From a virus (Duplodnaviria > Caudoviricetes): 64,000 nucleotides of DNA. Location of the stretch: IMG/VR virus record IMGVR_UViG_3300033066_001857, positions 5,002-69,001 of that record; one strand, 5' to 3'. The stretch's first letter is position 1. The number at the start of each line of letters is the position of its first letter. The position numbers and the translations under genes are program-made. Of this stretch, positions 57,744-64,000 are shown piece by piece. Under the pieces are notes generated by a model. That model made no database searches, was not told the DNA's origin, and saw only the letters and a list, made by a program, of their open reading frames with translations.

Positions 57744-57915
57744 TCATTTTGATGGTATAAAGAACTTCTTCCAGGTTTGCTTTTTGAATACGCGCTCTTG
57801 CTTCAGCAATCTCTGCCTGAAGGGTCATGAGAGCCAGGTTTTTTTGGAGCTTAGTGATGATCTGTTCACGATCACGATCACTTAACTCTTTGGGGTTGGT
57901 TTTATTTTCTTCCAT
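57670..57915 (-). CDS. Small coiled-coil protein
   Basis: 81 aa; preceded directly by the GTATATTATAGT motif. Confidence 0.55.
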   Translation of the reverse strand: MEENKTNPKELSDRDREQIITKLQKNLALMTLQAEIAEARARIQKANLEEVLYTIKMNELKEPPKEAPKSNPLKNADSQAR

Positions 57916-57962
57916 ACTATAATATACTATAAACTTTTAAGATTTCCAAAAATCTTAAAGAT

Positions 57963-58397
57963 TTATTTTTTTCCGAAGAGTCGCTGGAAGAAGTTCGGCT
58001 TTTTGGTATTAACCCGGGACACCATTTCATTCAAGGTTTCCTGGGCTTGCTTTACCCTTTCGTCCTGGAGTTTTTCGTAGAAGTTATTCAGCTTTTCCTC
58101 AAACTTCTTGGGAGGCCAGGAGCAGCCAATCTCTTTCCCGTATTTCATGTACACAAGCGTGCAGTCAAACCCCTCTTCCCGTACTTGCTCTAAAGTTTTG
58201 TTCCGGGAGAAGATGGTCCCGAATCCGCAGATATCTTCGATATCCACTGATTCCCAACCAACTACGTATTCGAGATCCTCTTTAGACTCAGCTTTGAGCT
58301 CTATGCCCAACCTAGTCTCAAGTTCATCCCTTTCTTCTACGTCTTTGGTGAGGTACAGTTTGACTGGGAACTTGAAGAATTTTTCAGAGTATTTCAT
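57963..58397 (-). CDS. Hypothetical protein (start revised to MKYSEKFF)
   Basis: The first 29 codons of the track ORF overlap a terminator palindrome; ATG at 58397 follows GTATATTGTAGT. Confidence 0.6.
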   Translation of the reverse strand: MKYSEKFFKFPVKLYLTKDVEERDELETRLGIELKAESKEDLEYVVGWESVDIEDICGFGTIFSRNKTLEQVREEGFDCTLVYMKYGKEIGCSWPPKKFEEKLNNFYEKLQDERVKQAQETLNEMVSRVNTKKPNFFQRLFGKK

Positions 58398-58409
58398 ACT
58401 ACAATATAC

Positions 58410-58438
58410 AAAAACTCCCTGGGAATTCCCAGGGAGTT
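58410..58438 (-). terminator. Terminator of the lysis cassette; perfect 26-bp palindrome
   Basis: AACTCCCTGGGAATTCCCAGGGAGTT (58413-58438), ending in a T5 run on the minus strand. Confidence 0.65.
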
Positions 58439-58465
58439 GTAAACAGCAGTCTAATTCCGCTGACG

Positions 58466-58510
58466 TTACATGCCGCAACGGCATCCTTTCTTTTTACCTT
58501 TCTTTTTCAT
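58466..58510 (-). CDS. Putative 14-aa micro-peptide MKKKGKKKGCRCGM
   Basis: ATG overlaps the endolysin TGA (ATGA); ends with TAA just before the terminator. Confidence 0.35.
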   Translation of the reverse strand: MKKKGKKKGCRCGM

Positions 58511-58995
58511 AGATTTACGTATTGAGTGTTAGGAATGAAGTCCTTGTTAAGGAACTTTTTATAAAGTTGCTGGATAGTGTATCCATAAGTAATCTGGAAA
58601 TGTGGTTCGTCATGGATGGTAGTGAAGCTGCCGCCCCACTCCAAACCGTGCTTCTTTGCAATCGGAACCAACTTAGAATATTTGAAATTCCAGTTTGGAA
58701 CACCTGCAACCATCTCTACTAGATCGACCGCGATACCGTAGTTGTGGAAAGACTTACCTGCCGGAGCATTTGTCACCCTCTCATCCGCTTCGTCGACGCG
58801 TCCGTCACCATCGTTATCCTTCCCATCATGTGGCTGATCATAGATCGCTTGCTGCTCTGCAAACGTCCTGAAGCCCTGGACAACTCTGAAAATGGTATTG
58901 AACTCTGTTTCAATATCATTAATGAAGTTTTCGAAGGTTTTTCGTGCCTTTGGGTGCAGTTTCCCAACTCGCTCTACGGTTTTTGCATCTCTCAT
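58507..58995 (-). CDS. Endolysin, M15 family (L-Ala-D-Glu peptidase-like)
   Basis: GFRTFAEQ...SFHNYGIAVD...WGG...DEPHFQ, with Zn ligands H, D, H. Confidence 0.9.
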   Translation of the reverse strand: MRDAKTVERVGKLHPKARKTFENFINDIETEFNTIFRVVQGFRTFAEQQAIYDQPHDGKDNDGDGRVDEADERVTNAPAGKSFHNYGIAVDLVEMVAGVPNWNFKYSKLVPIAKKHGLEWGGSFTTIHDEPHFQITYGYTIQQLYKKFLNKDFIPNTQYVNL

Positions 58996-59729
58996 TGTGA
59001 TCGTATTAAGTATATCCCGACCTGAATGCCAGGATGTATGGTTCTAGTAAAGGGATCTAGGTTCAATCCTATCCCAATTCCGGTTTTCAATTTCAACTTT
59101 GGTTGATCTTTCAGCTTGAAAGACTCAGCATTTGTCAATTTAATATACGGATTATCCGTGGAAATGTCCGTAACATGCTCTTTCTTACCGATTTTTAACC
59201 CCAAAACCCTCTTTCTCTTCCAATAATCGGTCATTACTATGTTTGCATTGACTCCAACCTCTAATTTCTGGGGGGTTGACGGTACTCTTCCTTTAATGTG
59301 GATGAAAGTTGAGTCTGTGTAGTCCAAATCGTAGGCGATATAGTCAGTATTCGTGACGGTATCGTGGACAGTGACCTTAACTACGTTTGGAACCAGGAGC
59401 GTATCAATTGTAGCTTTGCCTTTTACGTAAGCAATGACTTGCTTAGGCTTGATTTTCAACACATTAGAGATACTATCTACTCTTTTCTGTAAGTCTTCCT
59501 TATCTAAATTCGTTTGGAGGAGTGTCGCGTGCTCATTTCCGTACTTATCTTTCCAGTACTTGGCACTATCAACCCCTGTTACCTGTGGCGGCGTCCCTTT
59601 GTGATTACATGTAGTAAACCACAAGAGCACAAAAACAACAAAAACCCCCACGGCCCAAACCCCATTTCTATTTATAAAATTTAAACCCTGTTTAAAGTAA
59701 CCATATAGTTTTTGTAACATGCATATCAT
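58992..59729 (-). CDS. Spanin-like protein
   Basis: N-terminal TM/lipobox (VLLWFTT-C), coiled coil, and C-terminal amphipathic beta-hairpin (GIGIGL...GIQVGIYL); adjacent to endolysin. Confidence 0.55.
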   Translation of the reverse strand: MICMLQKLYGYFKQGLNFINRNGVWAVGVFVVFVLLWFTTCNHKGTPPQVTGVDSAKYWKDKYGNEHATLLQTNLDKEDLQKRVDSISNVLKIKPKQVIAYVKGKATIDTLLVPNVVKVTVHDTVTNTDYIAYDLDYTDSTFIHIKGRVPSTPQKLEVGVNANIVMTDYWKRKRVLGLKIGKKEHVTDISTDNPYIKLTNAESFKLKDQPKLKLKTGIGIGLNLDPFTRTIHPGIQVGIYLIRSQ

Positions 59730-60313
59730 TTTAAAGCACCGATACGCGAGGCTTGGGCTTTAACATATGCTATCTCCTGATCAGAGATCTCTCGTGGAGA
59801 GTCGAAGGATATTGTTATCATCCCAACCCAGCGGTCGATTTGATCCCTAACTACTACACTGAGTGTGTAGTTGAGGTTGAACAATTTCTTCAAGTCGGAG
59901 AGGTCATCAGAGAGCTTAGTCTCGTCAGAGATGCAGTAGTCTTCTGCATTGTCGTATAGTTGGGACAGGAGTCTGTCAAACTTCTTTGTGGGAATGAACT
60001 GGAAGTGGTGCCCTATATCCTCAATGCCTTCTCTGTGGCATTCCAGGATAACAGAAAGCTTTTTCATGTGGTGACCATTAAAAGTAGTATCGCCATTAGA
60101 AAAAACCGACTCAAAGCACCTATCTGCATCTAGCTGCCTCCGTATATCCTCTAAGATGGGAAGCAACGTTTTCTTTCTCTGAAACTCGTTGTCCATATTA
60201 CTTTCCTTGGCTAACTTCCTCTTATCCAAGTACTTACTAAACCATACGCTACCATATCCAACCGAAGCGATTTCAAAGACCTTTATGGCCTGATCCCAGA
60301 ATGTAGAGCTCAT
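59726..60313 (-). CDS. Holin-like protein with a GAF-like soluble domain
   Basis: Short N-terminal hydrophobic helix; LEDIRRQLDADRCF...FSNG...KKLSVILE...VGMITISF; first gene of the lysis cassette. Confidence 0.45.
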   Translation of the reverse strand: MSSTFWDQAIKVFEIASVGYGSVWFSKYLDKRKLAKESNMDNEFQRKKTLLPILEDIRRQLDADRCFESVFSNGDTTFNGHHMKKLSVILECHREGIEDIGHHFQFIPTKKFDRLLSQLYDNAEDYCISDETKLSDDLSDLKKLFNLNYTLSVVVRDQIDRWVGMITISFDSPREISDQEIAYVKAQASRIGALK

Positions 60314-60375
60314 TTTACAGTACAGATTTATACTATAAAATATGCAAAATTTACGGGAAGACCAAACATTTACAA

Positions 60376-60630
60376 TTAACCCTTACCGGGTTCGTTCGTC
60401 AGCCAGTCATTCGGAATGGGTGGAATGAGAGGTTCTCCTGCTGACGGATTCCCATAGACGATCAAATCATTTTGATCGACAGTTCTAATTAATCCGGAGT
60501 GGTAAATCCTTACAATGAATTGAGGGTTGGACGTAGGGCTGCCCATTATTAAAAACAGGACCAATACCGGCCCAAGCTTCCTTGCAAAAGCATCAAAAGG
60601 ATTAGACAGTTCTAGAATTGTCTGTTGCAT
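60376..60630 (-). CDS. Hypothetical protein
   Basis: 84 aa; IRTVDQNDLIVYGNP. Confidence 0.55.
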   Translation of the reverse strand: MQQTILELSNPFDAFARKLGPVLVLFLIMGSPTSNPQFIVRIYHSGLIRTVDQNDLIVYGNPSAGEPLIPPIPNDWLTNEPGKG

Positions 60631-60778
60631 CTCCCCAGAAAATTTTAATTGCGACTTCGTGGACTATTTGCTTTATGGCTTCGGCTTGCCGTATATACTC
60701 TGCCATTGAACAGTATGCAAAAGAGCCATCCCCCCAAGGAAGGGCGATGATATCTTCGGGATAAGCTATTACATCCAT
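60602..60778 (-). CDS. 58-aa hypothetical protein absent from the track
   Basis: MDVIAYPEDIIALPWGDGSFAYCSMAEY...; TAATG-coupled to the upstream ORF and fills the gap. Confidence 0.5.
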   Translation of the reverse strand: MDVIAYPEDIIALPWGDGSFAYCSMAEYIRQAEAIKQIVHEVAIKIFWGDATDNSRTV

Positions 60779-60993
60779 TATTTGTCGGTGGGTTTATCAG
60801 AAAAAATAGTTTTGATTGCTGATGTCAAATCTTCAAGGCTAAAGTTTGAGATATTATAAGATTGCTTATAACTCCAAGCACTGTCTAAAGATTTCCAAAG
60901 CCCTTCTGCAACAAGCTCTTTTTTAGGAGGTTCAGGGTTGTCCTGAGGAATAAATGTCAGGAGTTCTTCTGTTTTACGTGGATTGTGGAACAT
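60778..60993 (-). CDS. Hypothetical protein
   Basis: 71 aa in a co-oriented run. Confidence 0.45.
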   Translation of the reverse strand: MFHNPRKTEELLTFIPQDNPEPPKKELVAEGLWKSLDSAWSYKQSYNISNFSLEDLTSAIKTIFSDKPTDK

Positions 60994-61027
60994 ATTATAA
61001 GATTAAAGGAGGCCGAAGCCTCCTGGT

Positions 61028-61291
61028 TTAGGAATAAATTTTTCTTACCATGGCTTGACGACCTGAAGAAGTTAAGCGGGTTTCGCCTGTGTTGTAGATC
61101 ATTCCCATATCGACCATCTCAGAGAGGCGCTTCCACACCTGGGCAGGCTCCAAGCGTGATGCACGGGCAATCTCTTCGAACGTACCACCTTTTTTAAGGC
61201 GTTTCATACCAGACATAATCTTTTTGTAGACACTCGCCTTATGGGCTTTTACGCTGTTGTGAGCGATCCTGGAGGTTGTTTGTTTTTTCAT
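61028..61291 (-). CDS. Winged-helix DNA-binding protein
   Basis: GGTFEEIARASRLEPAQVWKRLSEMVDMGMIYNTGETR...SGR. Confidence 0.75.
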   Translation of the reverse strand: MKKQTTSRIAHNSVKAHKASVYKKIMSGMKRLKKGGTFEEIARASRLEPAQVWKRLSEMVDMGMIYNTGETRLTSSGRQAMVRKIYS

Positions 61292-62208
61292 ATGTTGTTT
61301 AAAGTTTTACTGAATAGGTTGCGGTAGGTTTCCAGAACCTTCTCATGCGAGTTATCCTCATACACCTTAGGGGGAACCCCTTCGCGCACAAGGGTCTCTA
61401 TGGACTTATGGGTTACGCGCATTTCGTCGGGGAGGTGTCGGAACATGTACGAGTCCGAGAGGCCGATAGGCTTCCGCGCGGAGAGCGCGTAGTCAATTGC
61501 TGATGAATATCCTCTTCCTACCATGGGTGAATACAAAAATAGGTTAATATCATTCTGGTTCAAAGACATGATAAGATCTTGTGGAGAAAGGAAGCTGTGG
61601 TCTATAATCAGTTGTATATCAGTACCTTTCAGTACATCCTGGACTTTCTTTGCTTCCGTCCGTGCGGATGCGCCATTGTCATCCCCGAACTCGGCAAAGG
61701 GTATGTTCAGCTTTATAATAGCCTTGCTGTACTGGGATTTCACCAGCTCAGCGATCCCCTGGAAGTTTTTATCAGCAAACCCAAAGCCAAACGACCCCAC
61801 CGTCATCACGTCGTTACTCCTGGACGGGGGAAGTTCTATCTCATACACTGGTCTGGGAAGGGTTCCTATCGTAGCATCCGGAGTAAAGTCTATGGATGCT
61901 TCGTGGTAGATCACAATATGCTTAGCCCCTCTTCGGGTTTTAAGGAGTTCGTCTGTAATAAACGGAAGGATGGAGCAGTAGTAGTTGTACAGGACGATAT
62001 CCGGACGGATTTCATCAAAGGCCTGGATAAAATCCCTGGCACTCAGAACCTCGCGGTAGTGAATATCAAACTCCTTTTGGAGGATGGAGAAAAGCCTTTT
62101 GCCATAGTCAACTACCCCACACCTAAGTGCGGCCCGCGAGATAAACAGAATGCGCATACCAGTCCTCATAAGGGAGATTATAATAATTTGGGTCCAGGCA
62201 AAGGACAT
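61288..62208 (-). CDS. GT-B fold glycosyltransferase (GT4-like)
   Basis: MRILFIS...CGVVDYG...PDIVLYNY; VGSFGFG...KNF; SSAIDYALSARKPI; true start probably MRILF at ~62157. Confidence 0.65.
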   Translation of the reverse strand: MSFAWTQIIIISLMRTGMRILFISRAALRCGVVDYGKRLFSILQKEFDIHYREVLSARDFIQAFDEIRPDIVLYNYYCSILPFITDELLKTRRGAKHIVIYHEASIDFTPDATIGTLPRPVYEIELPPSRSNDVMTVGSFGFGFADKNFQGIAELVKSQYSKAIIKLNIPFAEFGDDNGASARTEAKKVQDVLKGTDIQLIIDHSFLSPQDLIMSLNQNDINLFLYSPMVGRGYSSAIDYALSARKPIGLSDSYMFRHLPDEMRVTHKSIETLVREGVPPKVYEDNSHEKVLETYRNLFSKTLNNI

Positions 62209-62713
62209 CCTCCTTTACCCTAACGAACCCCTGCTTTGTAAGATACGTAAATATTTCCTGTTTTCGCGAGGGTCCTTCCATGTACAGGTTATGCTCTATG
62301 GTAATAAGGTTCACCTGATACCGGGAAAAGTCCATCCCAACCAGGACATTCAGCTCGTGCCCCTCAACATCCACAGACAAATAGTCAATTACTGAGGGAG
62401 CTGCTATCTCATCCAGGATATCCACCAGCCTACTGCAGTGGATTTGGATACCACCATGGGCTACCTTATCCACATAAAAGCCAAGAGTCCCCTCTTTATC
62501 AGAGACAACCCTATTGCAACAGTTCTGTCTATTGAAAGTCAATGTTTTATATACACTGGGATTGGCCTCTATGCATAGACCGGTCCAACCGGCCCTTTCC
62601 AACGCATAGGTATTTGACGAAACGATACCGTCATGGGCACCTACGTCCACAAAATATCCAGATGGGATCTGGTCTAGGACCCACTTGTCTTGTCCAGCTT
62701 GGCTGTAGTACAT
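62123..62713 (-). CDS. FkbM-family methyltransferase
   Basis: YYSQAGQD...FVDVGAHDG...SNT...GLCIEAN...IDYLSVDVEGHE...ITIEHN. Confidence 0.85.
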   Translation of the reverse strand: MYYSQAGQDKWVLDQIPSGYFVDVGAHDGIVSSNTYALERAGWTGLCIEANPSVYKTLTFNRQNCCNRVVSDKEGTLGFYVDKVAHGGIQIHCSRLVDILDEIAAPSVIDYLSVDVEGHELNVLVGMDFSRYQVNLITIEHNLYMEGPSRKQEIFTYLTKQGFVRVKEDVLCLDPNYYNLPYEDWYAHSVYLAGRT

Positions 62714-63162
62714 TGTATTTTGAGTAGTTTACAGATAGTTCGGAAGGTATTTATGTCTTTGCACTCTGCCTGGAAATGAAACTTCTCAGGGAAGCTCCTA
62801 TCATCCTCCTTAGAGGGATCTCTGTAGATGAACATGACTTTATTATGGGTACTATCCCAAGCCATTAGATAATTCTCTAACTCGAAAGAGTTCCAAACAC
62901 CTGATGGATAGGTAGTTGTATAGTTCCACTTCCACCCCTCTGCCTCAATCTTCTCCTTGGTAAGATGGGGTACCCTGACATTCCCTGCTTTCATATAGTA
63001 TTCAACCTGAGGTAGGAGTTCTGCCCTCTTTATAACTGCAGGAACCCAGGTGTCAAATGGTGCAGGGGTTTCCCAGGATAGCATCAGGGCATTCTTGTTA
63101 TGCAGAATCTCAAGCTCGTACCCAACGTGAAGATCCTCAATAGCGGGAGTAAAATATGTCAT
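62674..63162 (-). CDS. Hypothetical protein
   Basis: 162 aa, YFTPAIEDLHVGYE...; overlap-coupled. Confidence 0.6.
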   Translation of the reverse strand: MTYFTPAIEDLHVGYELEILHNKNALMLSWETPAPFDTWVPAVIKRAELLPQVEYYMKAGNVRVPHLTKEKIEAEGWKWNYTTTYPSGVWNSFELENYLMAWDSTHNKVMFIYRDPSKEDDRSFPEKFHFQAECKDINTFRTICKLLKIQCTTAKLDKTSGS

Positions 63163-63293
63163 TTGATTATAATTAAAACGATAAGGCTTGCCAGGATTAT
63201 AGCGTCGATCATCACTATAAGCCAGCTATCGGCCTCGAGCTGCTTCACCCTAGCCTCTAGTTCCACCATCTTCAACTTCTCTTCGATGGTCAT
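63159..63293 (-). CDS. 44-aa single-TM protein absent from the track
   Basis: MTIEEKLKMVELEARVKQLEADSWLIVMIDAIILASLIVLIIIK; ATGA-coupled to the downstream gene. Confidence 0.5.
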   Translation of the reverse strand: MTIEEKLKMVELEARVKQLEADSWLIVMIDAIILASLIVLIIIK

Positions 63294-63471
63294 TCTTTAA
63301 CGATTTAATCCTGAATCCATATACTGCACCACACCTAAACCAGTCCCAAGAACCAAGTTTAGCCTTAAAATATAACATATTATACACCTCGTTGATAACT
63401 ACGGTATCCCCGACTGCAGCATCTTCGTTAAACATTCTCCACCTCCTCCAATTAGGTTCAATTATCATCAT
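63250..63471 (-). CDS. Hypothetical protein
   Basis: 73 aa, overlap-coupled. Confidence 0.45.
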   Translation of the reverse strand: MMIIEPNWRRWRMFNEDAAVGDTVVINEVYNMLYFKAKLGSWDWFRCGAVYGFRIKSLKNDHRREVEDGGTRG

Positions 63472-63566
63472 CTTGTACCAAAATAGATTATAATCAGAGC
63501 CAAGGCTATCAAGAACAGTACATCCGCTAGGTTCTCAGGCTTAATATTAGAAGGGCTTACTTTCAT
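63468..63566 (-). CDS. 32-aa single-TM peptide absent from the track
   Basis: MKVSPSNIKPENLADVLFLIALALIIIYFGTR; ATGA overlaps at both ends. Confidence 0.5.
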   Translation of the reverse strand: MKVSPSNIKPENLADVLFLIALALIIIYFGTR

Positions 63567-63763
63567 TTCTCCATTTCCTTTAAAATTTCAGAATTAATTT
63601 TATCAACCTTCTCCCTATACCGAGCTATCTGATCCCTTTTCCGAGCATTCTCTTCCGGGGTGTTAAAATGGAGTCTACTGAGTATAGAGAGCTTACTCTC
63701 TAACAGGTGCTTTTCCCGCATGAGGACACTAAGTACTTTCTGCTGTTTACGTTGGATTGGCAT
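63563..63763 (-). CDS. Small basic coiled-coil protein (start revised to MPIQRK)
   Basis: A GTATATT motif lies in the first five codons of the track ORF. Confidence 0.45.
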   Translation of the reverse strand: MPIQRKQQKVLSVLMREKHLLESKLSILSRLHFNTPEENARKRDQIARYREKVDKINSEILKEMEK

Positions 63764-64000
63764 AACACGAATATACAACTCCCCCAGGCCAAATCCAATA
63801 ACTGTGTACAGAGCGTGAACAAAGTCGGGTAATGCCTTTTTGTGTAACCCTATATGTCATATACGGTATGGAAAAAATGTGTATATGCCGTGGGATAGAG
63901 GGGACCCCATCCAACAACCCCGGGTTCATTTCGAGTCGAGGGGTACCCCCCCGGGTTCGAAATTTCCCTTTTTTCCCACAATTTCCCCATCAAAACCCGG

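Noticed and set aside
63747-63929. 60-aa minus-strand ORF near the right edge
   Set aside because: Overlaps the palindromic GC-rich region and the promoter-like motif; composition atypical; coding status unsupported
1-64000. Alternative genetic code (TAG/TGA recoding known in some crAss-like phages)
   Set aside because: Core genes are full-length in the standard code, and TAA, TAG (e.g. 3239) and TGA (e.g. 11842, 58507) all end genes at coupled junctions

Overview
This window is the late/structural half of a large crAss-like (Crassvirales-type) podophage genome. The host is probably a Bacteroidota bacterium, inferred from TAnnTTTG promoter boxes, Bacteroidota-type lipoboxes and gene content. 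Nearly all real genes lie on the minus strand, use the standard code and are coupled by TAATG/ATGA overlaps. In transcription order (right to left): a GC-rich palindromic boundary; small accessory genes with an FkbM methyltransferase and a GT-B glycosyltransferase; a lysis cassette (holin-like, spanin-like, M15 endolysin); HU-like and PD-(D/E)xK genes; TerL, portal, scaffold, major capsid, ring and auxiliary capsid proteins; a ~24 kb accessory virion-surface block (about 19.2-43.2 kb); an HNH/exonuclease insertion with a structured intergenic region; then tail ring, muzzle and ejection-cargo genes running off the left end. The surface block holds Thr-run stalk proteins, two Gly-Tyr-Thr collagen-like fibres, RCC1-like and LamG heads, and four interleaved glycosyltransferase or glycosyltransferase-methyltransferase genes. 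The best leads are (1) a probable phage-encoded virion protein glycosylation/methylation system acting on GYT collagen and poly-Thr stalks, (2) an unannotated -1 programmed frameshift (C CCU UUU UAA plus stem-loop) that adds a GYT tail to a 71-aa protein and couples it to a glycosyltransferase gene, (3) a repeated GTATATTRTAGT putative late promoter, and (4) a candidate antisense sRNA upstream of the HNH gene. Family assignments come from motif recognition only; no database search was run.
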